Shown here piece after piece: positions 16,161-30,200 of a stretch of 64,000 nt of DNA. The notes below the pieces were generated by a model. That model had not been told where the DNA came from and did no database searches. It saw nothing but the letters and a program-made list of their open reading frames with translations. The first letter of the stretch is position 1; each line of letters opens with the position of its first letter. The DNA lies in assembly GCA_964035545.1 (NCBI GenBank), contig OZ037765.1, positions 2,914,001-2,978,000 on the forward strand, in the 5' to 3' direction. Source of the stretch: Bugula neritina. Taxonomy: Eukaryota > Animalia > Bryozoa. The translations under genes were made by a program, and so were the position numbers.

Positions 16161-19100
16161 ATGGAGTCAAATGAAAGAGCTCCTCTGCTCCTTACCAGGA
16201 CCATTATTCAGCCCTCCACTCAGCACACTCTGGCATGTGCGACAGTCATTGCAGCAAACTTTTTTGAGAGGCTCGCGTATTTCAGTTTTGCGGGAAATTT
16301 AGTTTTCTTTCTAATTAAAGAACATCTGGATCTGCCAATCCCATTGGCTACAGTCACCATACTCATATTAACGGCTATCACATCTTGCATGGGTTTACTC
16401 AGCGGGTGGCTATCCGACAGCTATCTTGGCAGATATCCAACTATTGTAGCTGGTTACATTATCTACATTTTTGGTTATGTCGTTTTTGTTCATTATATGT
16501 TGTATATAGGAGTCATATTGGTGGGGATCGGAGCTGGCACTGTTCGTACTAACCTGCTATCATTTGGTGGTGACCAGGTGGGTTGTGTTAACCTTGTATA
16601 TTAGTCATCAGGTAGTTTATGTTCACCTTGTATATAGTATTCAGGTGGACAGTGTTTACCTTGTATATGGCAGATTAATTTGTATGGCTGTGTTTCATTT
16701 GTTTGAAGTCAACATTTTAAGCTATTAAAAACATTAGATCAACCTTGGAAGCCTGATATTGGTAAAATGTAAATCATAACAATATTTAATTGCAAAACTT
16801 TTTTTGACTCCAGTGCATAACCAATGCTCATTATTGATTATTTAAATTTTAGAACTTCAATTCAACAAATAATGCATCATTTTTTTCTGAAATCATGACT
16901 ACTACCACAAGGTACATGTATATAAACTTGGGATTTTTTAACAACACCCAGTTGAAGATACGTTATGTTTGGTTGAAGCTGGTTCATGTACATTTAGGTT
17001 TCGTTTGAAGCATGTATTCGCTGTCCATGTAGGCACGGAGCGGTGGCATCAGGTCTACTCATAGGTTTTTCACAGGATACTACTGGTCTATCAATCTGGG
17101 TGCTCTTCTGGCACTAGTAGGTGTGGCTATCATTCAGGACTGGAGCTTTTTCTATGGATTCATTGTGGCAGAATCTTCACTTCTTCTCAGTTTTCTGTTA
17201 TTTTTATTGGGTAAGTCTTAGTCTATAGTGTTGATCTATTCTATAGACAGCTAATTTTACGTTGCTTAGTTTTTTTATTCTTACCAGTGTCTTAACTTTT
17301 GTAGTAGATTAGAAATTTATATTGTAGATGTTATATTATCAGATGGTATTGCTACAGTGTTCTAGGGTGATTTATATTGCTACTTCATCAACAGGAAAAG
17401 CACCACAAAAGCTCAATTTTACTTTATTTTTTCTAGTGTAATTTTTTTGGAGTAGTAATTTCTGGTTGATGTGATAAAATTGCAGTTTTATAGTTTTATT
17501 TTTCATATTTCAAGTCATTATTATGGGAAATTCCAAGTATGCCTAATGAAACTATCTAAACAAGTTTTAGTATAACTTCTAACTTATATTATGGAATATC
17601 TACTCAACAAGTGTAACTTGAATCTAAACTTTACTTCATGGAAACATTCTACTTACAATAGTGCCAGTGATTTTATCTTATTTGTAATGCAGGTAAAAAG
17701 ATTTACATTGAAAGATCACCTGGTGCCGTTAGTGTTTTTAAAGTAGTATATCGCATAATATGCAATGCTTACTATGTGAAAAGGAACTTCACTATTCGGT
17801 AAGTTTTATTTTCTAATTATTTCAAATACATAATTACATAATTATAATAATATTCTTTTTGTGTATTGGTAGACATTTTCTATTATTTTGATTTGGTGAT
17901 GAACTGTAATATTTTGCAGCCTAAATTTTTTCAAGATTTTGTAAAATATTAGCTTAGTCTGTGGATATATCATTCATAGGGATGATGGAACAGTTCACAA
18001 TTTCTTAGACTATGCCAACATGGAACATGAAGGTGGAGAGTTTAATGTCAATCAAATTGAAGATGTCCGACGTCTTTGGAAGTTGTGTAAAGTGTTTCTA
18101 CTGACCATACCCTACTGGATGTGTTACAGTCAGGTAGAGCAAAGATGGAGAAAGTTGGGACATACACATACTATTTTTCATTTCATATGAAAGGCCATGT
18201 CCATGTATATAAGATTTTCTAAATTAAACTGTTGATATAAACTGAATTTATTAGTTCAGATAAATTTTCCAGCGCATAGTTTCATTGTATTCAAGGTTGC
18301 AAATTGTTACCAACTGTTGAATTTTATAAATTTTCTTGTTATGTCTTATAGTAGGCCTATTCAATTTAGCAATAGATTTTCATCCATGGCTTTCTCTCTT
18401 TCTCTCTCCGCCCCCCTCCCTCTCTCACTCTGGCGTCATTCTGTTTTAGTTATTTGGTGTTTTCTCTGTAGATGGTATTTAGTGTCTTCCTTTTACAAGG
18501 ACTTCATTTGCGTGTGCACTTTGACAATCTCACTGCCTGCCCTTCAAACCTTACTACTAGTACCACAAAAACAGAGGGAGCTGGAGCAAATCTGTGTCTG
18601 AATATATCTTACATGGAGCAATCTATTGAGAGTAGATTTTTAGTGAGTTTGAAATATGAATTCTTAGCTAATGATAGCTTTTAATAAAAACTAGCAACTC
18701 ATGTTGATAATTTTTTTATTATTCTGCAATTGCAATGCAATGTAGCTGTAGTTGTGTGTTTATATCATGATTCTGTTCTTGCAATATTTAAATTGTAGTT
18801 TCTACAATCATTTCTTATACAAATTTGATTTTTCTAGTGTGCATTTGTGTTTGACAAGTTTATTCACCTGATTCTCTAGTTTCTGACAATGCTGGATGAC
18901 ATTAACGAGGTTGTTACTATTTCAGATTCCTCCTGCCTCTCTTGCTGCATTCAATGCCATTTTCATAGTGCTGTTTCTTCCCCTGATACAAAGGTGCTAC
19001 AGGTTCCTCTCTAAGAAGGGGATTGAGGCCCTGACATGGCGCAGGTTGTGGCTGGGCATGTTTCTGGCATCTTTAGCTTTGTCAGCTGCCGGTTTACTCG

Positions 19101-20873
19101 AGTATTTCAGACGGAAAAATATTGCTGAATGTGGCCTCTATCGTCAATCTATTGGTGTGCAAGTATATCAATATTGAATTAAAATTGTTAACACATTGAA
19201 AAAGTATCAGTGTTTAATAAATAACAAAATTCATTTGAATAGAAAAAACCACCCTGTGCTGTAGTTTTGCTTACATCTGATCTTATTACTGTTTATAGGG
19301 AATACATATTATGACACCCCACCACGTATATCTGTATTATGGCAAATACCTCAGTATTGTCTGGTGGGAGCTAGTGAAGTCTTCTTTGTTGTTACAGGTA
19401 TGTTTCATATCTACTCAAGTGTAGCATATTTAGCTCAAGAAATAGTTCATCTCCATAATTCACTACTAGTGCTCCCCTTAATTCATTACTAGTGCCCTCC
19501 TCAGTTCACTTCTAGTGCCCTCCCCTTTAGTTCACTACTAGCTTCAATTACATAACCCAAGTTTAATAAATGTATATTTGACACCAGTGTATGATTGCTG
19601 CTCTTAAAATAAATCCTCATCATTATCTACTTGTTTTATCCCCCAACTGATTTCACACAACCAGTAAAAACAAAATTATGGCACTATAAAAAAATAGTTC
19701 TGCAATTTTAGCTGCTATGAGCATAATACTATGATTTACAAGTTTCTTTGCATGCCTCTATCAGTTTTGACATTGTACTCCCCTGTTCACAAATTACCGT
19801 ATCGTAAACCGTAACAGAGCAAACAAAATGGTGCCGCTGTTACGTTTTGTCAACAGTCGTTCACACATTGACGTAAAAGTACAGATGTGACCAATCATAA
19901 CAAAGCTAACTCTTGTCTGCTGTGACTTATACGCCTTTGGATATTATTCACAACTTATTGCAACATTCTTTTCAAAAGATAAGGTTACAATGCTATTGAT
20001 TAAAGAAAAGCAATAAAATGAAAAAGATCTCTCTTTTAAATACATGATTCTTTAAAATAATTGTGCAAACTAATTTGAATGATAAATATTTTAGCCGTCC
20101 AAATATTTTTTAAGTTTTTAGTTTGCATGCTTTTGTGATTAGGGAAAGCTAGATTTTGAAGCTGAGTTTAATTTAAACAAGCCGGATGAAGATTTTTTAA
20201 TCAATTAAGAATTTTGAATTGGTTAAATTGAATCAACAATAAGCGACTAAAGTGAACAAGCTAAAATGTTCCTTAAATTTTAGTACCGGATCAACTCTAC
20301 CCAATAGGAGCTCGTTGTAATTTTTTGAATCAAGCACTGCTTGATCAACGATTCAGCCTGGATGTTATCAAAGATGGCGGATACTTGCTGTTACGTTACG
20401 GCAATGTTTGAACAGGGGGAATGGCATAATAAAATATATTACGGACACTATAGTTCAACATCGTTTTCCTGTATTTGCTATTTATTGCAGGTATTGAATA
20501 CGCATATTTCGAGTCACCTATCAACATGCAAGGCATTGTTATGGGCCTCTTATGGCTTGCTAGAGGGATTGGGAATTTAATTGGTATTGCTTTGCTATAT
20601 GGATTTCAATATTGTAAAAACATATTGTCCACATCAAAATATCTTGATTGTAATAGATTTGACTGGTATTTTTGTATATTAGCAATTTTTATGTTAATTT
20701 TCTCCTTCATATTTATCTGCATATCAAAATGTTGTGATCTTAGTTTAGACAGTGTTATTGTTGAAACGCATCAAAGACGCTACAACTCAGAAACTGAAAG
20801 CGCTTCCGCTACTCCTCAACTTGCCCGTAGACGCACTGTTGTACCCGTTAATTTTGAATCTTCGGTCAAATAA
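16161..20873 (+). CDS. SLC15A4: SLC15A4-like POT/PTR family transporter, tandem copy 3 (40-codon in-frame deletion in exon 1)
   Basis: Same 8-exon layout; the exon-1 ORF is 147 aa versus 187 aa in copy 1 with homologous ends; later exons appear in frame. Confidence 0.88.
19778..20420. mobile_element. MITE with imperfect TIRs in the last intron of SLC15 copy 3
   Basis: ctcccctgttca... / ...tgaacaggggga termini. Paralogous introns of copies 1 and 2 show the empty site acattgtgtagcataat (6196-6212, 12966-12982). Confidence 0.8.
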
Positions 20874-21503
20874 CTTAAGTGTTTGAAAGTGAATAATCTG
20901 ATTTCACACCTTATATGACCGTGATCCTATTCAGGCGGCAGGGAATTAATCTGATACATTGCTCAAATATTTGTTTAAGTTCTATTGAATATTGTTATTA
21001 TATTTTTTTACAAGTTGAACTGCATTCTTATCAAGTATGGCCAATTTACATTTTTTTAGTTTTTTTGCAATTCTTACTAGAAACATACATGCATATTTTC
21101 ATATAAAACATTATTATATAAAAATTGTACAATATTATATAAATATAATGCATTTGTCTATTAACAATTAGTCTGATACAAAAAACAATCGCCATTGTTT
21201 TTATTATTTATGATAACTTGAAACAGTATATAACCAGTTGTGTTAAACTGATTGAGAAAACATTAACATATTGGTAATCTCATGAAAACACTTCCTGATT
21301 ATTTGACTGATATTGTATATCAAAAGTTCAAATATACTGAACTATTGAGAAAATAATCCAGAATTTCATCTAGTCTTGATAAGAGTGATAAGTTACTGCA
21401 ATTCATGCTACATATATACAGATAAACTCAGTAATAATGGAAAGTTCTTATAGTGCCATTCAGGAAACAATATGGCCTCTACTTGACAACCACAATGCAG
21501 ATA

Positions 21504-24500
21504 TCATGAATTTCCTAGTAACTGATATTTAACATCATGTCTTTTGATAACAGTTTCTGGCATACAGTACACAGGGTTGACTTGTGCTATAGATGTGTCT
21601 CCCAAAAGAGAGAGACCAGCCAAACCAAACAGAGTATGAAATGGATCCACCATATCGCCGGGTCTATCAGCAAACCCTCCTGTCTCCACATCCTGTATAA
21701 GTTTGTAGAGAATAATGCTGGGAGTGCGACTGAGGAAAATCGCTTGATGCAGCACAAAGTTTAGGGCTACTGAGTGCAATGGTTGGAGAGGATGTTTGGA
21801 GTTCCCACAAAGGTATGTATAAAATGCACTCAGTGACCCCAGACATTGTGCTGCATCTAACCGATATTAATAAAGTAAACAAGTTGCATTTTTATTAGGA
21901 ATGCAAAACGACAGAACCATAACAAGCGAAATAATATACGAGCCACCGGCCACTTAATATATCACACATTGGCTCTATATATCAGACAGCAAATCCACTT
22001 TAGGAAAGGAAACCATGAATTTAAACTAGAAAACTTTATAAAGAAATTTTACATCTGTAGCAAATATCGGCATATTTACTACAACAGTAATAAAAATAAA
22101 CAAAGAAATTTGTGGGTGATACATGCATAAAAGATGAAAAACGCCCTCTAAAAAATTATAAATAAAAAAAAACTATTCAGTATAATATTCTACATTTTCT
22201 ACTGATTTTCACAAAAAGCTTTGGGTTTGACTTTTGAGAGTACAAACATCACGTACAGTTGAGAAAAACTCTTTTGGAAGTTGTACACGTTTGTTACATA
22301 ACCTACTGTTTGTGAGCAAGTCAAGAGCAAAACTGTTGAAGGAAATATGCTAACTCTAAATGCTGTCTACTTGGCTTACAAATTTTCTGATCACTAGCCC
22401 CTACATACTTTTCCATAAATATAAATTTAATACTACTTTGATAGCCTATCCACACTTCCTTGTAGTGACAGCAAAAGCAATAAACACAGCTGTCTGCTTA
22501 CAGTAGTTTATGCTAGAGTGTTAGCACAGAGAATAACTTGCTCTCAGAAGAAAAGTTTGATGACCTATTTATACATATTAGGTTACAGAAACAGTTTGGG
22601 AGAAGCCAATAGTCATAAAACTTTTGATTCAACTGCTGAGATCTTTAGATACTTGTTCACTAAGCAGACTATTACTGTGATGTATAGTTTCAGTGGGAAA
22701 TCTTAGCTTAAAAGTAGCAATTTTATAATGAATTGATTTTTTCCTAAACTCTGCTATTTACTCAAGTGAGAGCACTGCATTTCCATTGCTGGCAAATTAC
22801 GGATAAATTTGTGGTTGCAGTTTGCATTAACTTATGGTCATAGTGTCATTCGATACCACTGTTTCCAAACATCAAATGAAAAATCCATTTGCATAATGCA
22901 ACAGCATGGAAACGCAGTGATAGTTTGAGTAAAACAGCTTAAACAAAACGCATAGCTCAATGAGCTCTGTAGTATACTACAAACATGAACTACACCAGGA
23001 CACTAGAGACATACTTGACATGCGAGAATATAGGTGGTGAGCTTAGCTGAGTCAATCCAGTGAAGTCGTCCAATCATCTTCAAGGACGCAAGCACCCACC
23101 ATGAATAACACACGTCTGGTAGTTTCTCTGGCCGTCCGTTCAGCCCACCAGATGGGAGTTGTCTCTCACACAGCCACCAGCCGAGTAGGTCAGCGTTGAC
23201 TAAATCCAGCCGACCAATCACAGACAAGAACCCCACACAGCAGTATATCTGATAAAAAAATTATGTAACAGCAGCTGAGATACAAACTCAAAGGAAATGT
23301 CTACCAAATATTATTTCAACATTTTCAACAATTACTCATACACATTGCTACGTAAAGTTAACAAATTATTAAATACAAATAAAATATGCACATAGACTAG
23401 GAAATATTTTAGAGTTATTAAAATTTATTTGAAACCTTTTTTAGAAAACTAAGCTCTGTAATTAGTAGTTATGATAGAGCATAGAAAGAAACAAAAATTA
23501 TACACCAGGAAATAATCTGGTGTCCATAAATGATTTGATCCTTATACAATCACTATAACATCAGAAACATTTAGAACAATGAGAGATTAAATTGGGTTGG
23601 AGTTATCTAATCTTGTCTTTAAACTTGTTTAGACCATAGAGTTACACTTATGCTGGGCTAGTCATTGACCTATTAAGTGTCAATTACTGGGGCTTGACCC
23701 AGACGCAGCCAACCTTATAAGTTTAAAAACTAAGTCAGCAAGGCTAAATTTTTAGACTTGTTTTTAAAGATAGAACATGATTAGAGAATAGCAGTTTAAA
23801 CACTAGTTGAGTCATGTAATAACCATCTAGGTTTGGTGAAGGAAAATATTTGTGTATGTTGCAACTTGCGGTGATGATAAGTTAATGAAAAGCTTTGCAT
23901 ATTGCTGATAATCAGAATGTTTATTAACAAGCCTGGCCAAACTGCATATACTAGTAGCATGTTGGTGTAAAAAAGAGCAGTGATCTAGATAATGTATTAT
24001 TATAGAGCTTTGCAACCAAGTATGTGATTTTAGTGTTATGCAAGCCAACACAATAAAAGTATTTAATTACAGCACATGTCAAAGGGGAGACATATTGATT
24101 ATCTAGCATTTACATCCCATGCAAAAAGAATTGAAAAGTTAAATTCATTTGCAAGTATTTTTGTACATTAAAATTAATCATTATAAGTTATGTCGATCAA
24201 TAAAAGATTTAGCCTCAGGTTATTACCTGCCCAGCATGAGATTCACTTCCGGGACGACATCCAAACCCACCGTCAAAGTTATTGCATGTCATGACAAACT
24301 CAGTGGCCTTGTCAATGTCGACAGCGTCTAGTCGGTGCAGTAAAGAGAGGCAGGCGACAGCACAGAAAGAGAACCTGGTGTCTACTTCTCCCCACTTGTC
24401 GCCATAGAAACTACCATCTTCTTGCTAATATCAAAAAAATTCAATTTTGAAACAGTGCAGATGGCTTACAAGCAAGTACATGGAAACACCTGTCTATTAT

Positions 24501-25259
24501 CTGCAGCAAACGACAACCAGGTGAAAAGTGCTTCACGGACCTAACCACTTCCCTCTTTCTACACAGCAAAGAAAGAATATGACTAAGAGTATATGCATTA
24601 TTGAAAAATATGAAAAAATATTGCGAAAAATTAAGAAACTGTTAGCTGTACAGCTGTTAACTTATGGCAGCAAATATTAGAACAGGAGCCAATTTAGAAT
24701 TTATACAATAATAGTCCATGACATGAATAGCATTTATAGTGATGAACAATCAAAATATAAATTATATAGTTTATTACCTGTAGTCCTTTGATGAAATTCA
24801 CCAGACTAGAGATGTTAATCGCATCTAAAGCATCATATAAACAGAGGATCTGCACGGCACTGAGGGAATACAATAGGTGAGGGTCGTGCGCTTGACTTGC
24901 CCCAAACCCTCCGCAATCGTGTTGACACGACTTCACAAAGTCTACAGCTTCCTGGAGAACAGAAAACTGGCAGCCGTAGTAAAAGTATCAGCAATATTTT
25001 ATAAATCCAAACACACATTTAAAGGATATAAAAAATCAAGAGTTCAAACCTGTCTGTCCATCCGATGAAGTTTTCCCATCAAGTCCATGGCAGTTAGTCC
25101 CCAATAAATCCCACTCATTCGCAAATACTCAGTCATGATGTATTCATAATCATTTTTTTTTTCGGAATAGGCATGAATGTAGTCACTGTGCTTGTCCAAA
25201 ATAAGTTCTGATATAACACCATGAGCTTTCAGATCTACATCCTTAATTGTAGTGCCCAT
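21504..25259 (-). CDS. RABGGTB: Rab geranylgeranyltransferase (GGTase-II) beta subunit
   Basis: Five exons separated by phase-0 introns: 25259-25050, 24951-24778, 24424-24227, 23248-23015, 21692-21504 = 1005 nt, 334 aa. Motifs [54 protein letters not shown]. Confidence 0.95.
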
Positions 25260-27284
25260 AATCTAAAGCAAATAACTAAACATTGTAGTCAAAAGAACTA
25301 AAAAATACCAGTAGTTGATCATGATATAGTATCACACTTCTAACATATTTCAGGCAACGAACTGCATTTAGCTTTGTATTGTCAACTGAGAATTGTATAT
25401 TTCCCAAGAGTTTAAATAGAACTTGAGTTTTTTCAAGCATATTTCAAGGCTAAACAGCTTCGCAGAGCTAGCAAAGCAAGGTACTGGCTACTGTGAGCAA
25501 CTAAAACTGCATAATGAGCAAAAAGAAGCTTATAGACTAATCATTTTGAAAAATTATAAGTATTTGTAAAAAAAATTGAACTTATTAATTAATAAATTAC
25601 TGATACTGATGGTATTGGTAATTATTAGTATTACCATTACTATTACTATAGTATTAGTATTAGGCTAAAATCGAATAGCTTTTAAAGTTTTAAATATACA
25701 ATGAATACGCCAATGACACAAATCAATATAGTATTAACTATGTTTGCAATTAAAAAAAAATAAATATTGATATATTTATATTATTCATAATCATAATGAT
25801 AGTTTAAATTATTTCCAACAACTTGATGATGATCATCATGATGATGATGATCAACAGCATTTGTACTTCACTTTCAATCTGAGAAGTATATGATTTAATA
25901 CATTTAAAAAGACATCTATCAGCAATAAATTTTCAATATTTTTACTTTAGTGGAACAGAATGTTCATTTATTTCAAGGCCTAAGCCGTTGACTGTGAGTA
26001 CAAAGTGAAAGTGAAGGAGGGAGTCTGGAAACATAGGAAAGCGAACGGAAACTAAAGATAACAACTATTATTTGCTTCGCTGGAAATTATTAGCTAGTCA
26101 TTTTGACCCTTGTAACAAATAGCTCTTGACTATTATTGTAAAGTCGATATAGTTGACTAATTTTTAGGATCTGTTGCTAATTACTTAACTAGCCGCGCCC
26201 CCATTGGAGGACGTTGAAATAGTAAGTTGGTAAAATGTTAAAGGTGATTTACTTTCAGTGTCATGCTCATAGTCGTACTGATACTTTATCATCATTTATA
26301 TTCTTACTGATAGTGATACTTGTGTCGGTATTGATTGTGACACTGATAATGGATTTCATACAGATACTGAGTTTGATTACCATACATTATGAATATATGA
26401 TTATCATTACCAATACACATAGTCTTCAGTTGTTACACTTACAGTTACTGTTAGTTATAACTTGAAGTTAAACTTACAGTTACATGCCACACCTAAAGTT
26501 AAAGTCAAGCTCATAACTGATAACAATAACTCATAAGATTAAGTCATAATTATTAACTTATAAGATTAAGTCATGAGTAATAAGATTAAGAACAAGTGAT
26601 GGCTGATAGGTCATATTTATATTAATTAAATAGTAATATAAATATTAATAATATTAATAATCATATCAGTATCACTTCTGTATTTGACTTTGTTGCTGTT
26701 TAATTTTATTTAGTAATACTACCATATTCATAACCATGTTTATTTGATATTGATATTAATATAAATAACGACATTAGCACTGCACCAGTGGCTGTCAGAC
26801 TCATAAAACATTGACTTTGAGATGGAGTAAAGGTCAATATTTATATTAACAGTGAGACTGCTATAAATTTATAATTGATGGTTTAGTTTAGAGCTAAGCT
26901 AGCTTATTTCTTTACCAGTTTGAAACTCAAATTGAAAAATTACAAAAGTTTAAACTCAAGTGACCTAACTCAAAAAGAGTTAACATGTGTAAAGCATAAA
27001 TACTTGAAATAAGTTACTCAGTGTTTTATTCTTTAATAACCTGTAGCTACAATTTCTGCCTGCAGCCTATTCTACATGACTGTGTTGATATATTATCATG
27101 TAGTTCATTGTGAAGTAAAATGACTGGTAATATTATGTAATAATTGGCAAACTAATTAGTTGCTTTTATTCTGACTAGATTTAGCTTTGCACCAATTAGT
27201 TCACTGCCTTATAATTTAGTAATTTTCTATTTATACTGATTGTAACTGTGAGCTTCAATTTTAATATTTTAGAAGTTTTAGAAG

Positions 27285-30200
27285 ATGGTTAAGATACTAT
27301 TTACATGTCCAAAACTTTCAACCTCAGGAAATTTTACTTCAGCAATGCGGATCAGGTTTACTTTTAAATCTAACTAATTTAATGTGTTGTGAAGTTTTAT
27401 TTTTCATTGTTAAATTTATTTTGTGCTACTTGTTGTAGCATTATATTTGATCTCAGTTGTATTTTGTATGCAGGGCACACCTTCAGGCTTTTGGTCACCA
27501 TGTGGATGTTTGTAGCATTGCTGATAGTTTACTTCTTTCTCCATCATGTCTTCACAGCTACTCCATCATATTCACTATCCATGCCTACAAATCAACTGGT
27601 CTTCTACAAGGTATCTGTAGTTGACTGAAAATTTTATTTGCAATTTTATTCTAAACTTGGTGGAGTATTCCGTATACTACTAGCATGAGGTTTTGAAGTT
27701 GAATTGAGAACAATATTAGCTCAATGTAATGTTTATTACAAAAAGGCTGAATAAGTAGAAATTATGCAGTTACTAAGTGTTATTTATTTTATTAAATAAA
27801 TTGCTTTTTTCAAACCTACACTAATGTACTATTTTGTTTCAGCTTTTTTCAAAACAATTTCAACCTATAATAGTTGCAAATATTTGATATATCATATCGA
27901 TAATTGATATATTTTCTGTTCATCAAAACTTATCACAGAATGTTTCAAATTATTAATTTTATTATTTAATCAAATTGTCTCCTTTTTATTATAGTGGTTA
28001 GTGAAGATTCGAAACTAGTCTTGCTGTTTGGAGGGACAGATTTGAATGAGAACATGAAATGTGATGAACAGCATGACTCCATGAAGCAGGTGGTTGACAG
28101 GTGCTCGCACTGTGTCGCCTTTAGTCAACCTCTTAAAGAACTAGCCTGCTCTGCTTGGGTATGACTTCTACCTTTAATTCTTTGCTGTATAGAATTTTGG
28201 CATCTCTCAACTTATGATCAACATTTACTCTCATACGTGTTTGAAAGATTTAAAACTCACCATAATTATCTATCCTCATGAGTAATGTTAGCAATCACGT
28301 CTCTTTAGTTGTAGCACAGAAATTATTGCCACCAGATGCATTTAAATTGTTTTCTACGAATTCTGCTGCCAGAGCTTATAAATTTAAATTCTGCAAATTT
28401 TTTTCTTGATGAAATCATTCTCAATTCACATAATTGTTGTATTTGTAGCCTGATATTGCTGGCAAGGTGTCTACGATTCATCAAGGTACACTTCTTAGAC
28501 AGATATTTTATTTCAACTCATGCCTAGATGATGCAATAGACCATGTAAAACTCAGCCAATCAGCGAAGTGTACCAGGTCAATGTCTTACCATTGTAACTG
28601 ATATAAAATTCTGCAAGTTCAATTGCAAAATGCATGCTTCTAAAAGCTAGTTGTGCAACTTTTTTTTCATGCATTATTTAATTTCATATCTTAAATTGAT
28701 GACTCTTGAAATGATTTTTTAAAATGTCTAAATTAAGTGTTTATAAAACGCAATTAAAAATTGCATGTCTAGAAAAATGACCTGGTACACTTTTGCAACT
28801 TAAGGCCAATTATTACATAACTGCCAGCTTAGTAGTTATTTGTTGTTGCAGCTTGAATGGGTTATTGTTTAGCATTGGAAGCTTGCAGTAAACATCTGTG
28901 AATTTGGTACATGACTTCGATTGGCTGGTTTTTGAATGGCCCTTTAGTATATGCATCTGGATGGCTGGGTAGTGTAGACTCCGCCTACATCTAGCTAATG
29001 TACAGTAGCCAATCCACAGTAGTATTACAAAATTTCTGTTTAACAAATGAAATATTCTGGTCATTTGTTTTGTACTTTACAATAGTAAATATTCTATTCA
29101 ACTAGAATTTTATTGTATGTAAGCCATGGGAACTACTAAGAGGTTAAATCAACCACCCATGCTGGTAATATTGTTGCTCGCAGTAATAGCAAGTCCACAC
29201 CGTATAAATATACACATAAGCTATTATGTGCAGCTTATAAATGCTGAAATGACCCCATTTCTTACTTTCAACTTGAAAAAAATTGTATTACATGTTCTGC
29301 CACTTCTGCACCAAGAATTTGTTTTCCTTTTAAATTTTGAAAATAGTAGTCAGTTTCTGCAGCAGTCAACTGCATCCACAATAAACAAGCTTTCAAATAA
29401 ACTATAAATATATGAAATATTAGTGTGGAAACAATGTAATTTAGTTCTTGCTATGATGAAAAATTACAAGAATATTATATAAAAGCTAGATATAGATTTC
29501 TATAAAATGGCACAGGTAAAAATAACACATTTTTACTTCAAATTCTAAATTTCATCAGCACTAAAGCATATAATGTAAGACGCACAAAAAACAGTGGTTT
29601 TAATGAAACATGTGAAGAAAGCAAACAGAAAACGTTATCAACAGAGTCAGCTGATATAGAGCAACAGAACTCATCTGACAGCCATCCTCATAGTCAGACT
29701 TCATCAGAAGTAACTAAGTTACCAGAATCATCAACTACTCAGAAAAGGCTCAAAAAGTTCCACGTTTAAACAAAAAGCAACTATTGAAAAAGTAAAAGTT
29801 TTTAAAACTTTCACCACTACAGATGAGCAAACTAAATTCTATACTGGAATACCTACACGTTCTCTATACTATTTTTTAGCAAGGTGAAAATTATGATTTT
29901 CTTATTGCAAAGATAGACTATGGTTTATTACAAATAAACAATGCAAGTCTCACTATGCTAAAATTTCTACATTGATTAAATTTAATGTGTAGTAAAACTG
30001 TCATTTTAATTAAATTTGTTGCAGTGTGAGTACATCATTCATACATTTTTTATTAAAGATGTTGTTTTATGTAAGATATTCATAAATACCACAGTGGTCA
30101 TCTGTATGCTTTGACTTATTTAGTTTAGGGTTTTATTTAAACAAGCAGCAGTATTTTATTTGTGGACAAATTGACTCACTTTCTCCAGGAAAAGTAAATT

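Larger units (their letters stand above)
7525..21679 (+). repeat. Tandem segmental duplication units 2 (7525-14244, 6720 bp) and 3 (14245-21679, 7435 bp)
   Basis: Same junction sequence at 7524/7525 and 14244/14245; colinear promoter, SLC15 gene, 3' region and RABGGTB exon end in each unit. Confidence 0.9.

Noticed and set aside
21693-25049. SNORD45-like intronic snoRNA, which vertebrate RABGGTB hosts
   Set aside because: No C/D box pair with the expected 18S-complementary guide was found by eye on the minus strand; an Infernal search would be needed to exclude it.
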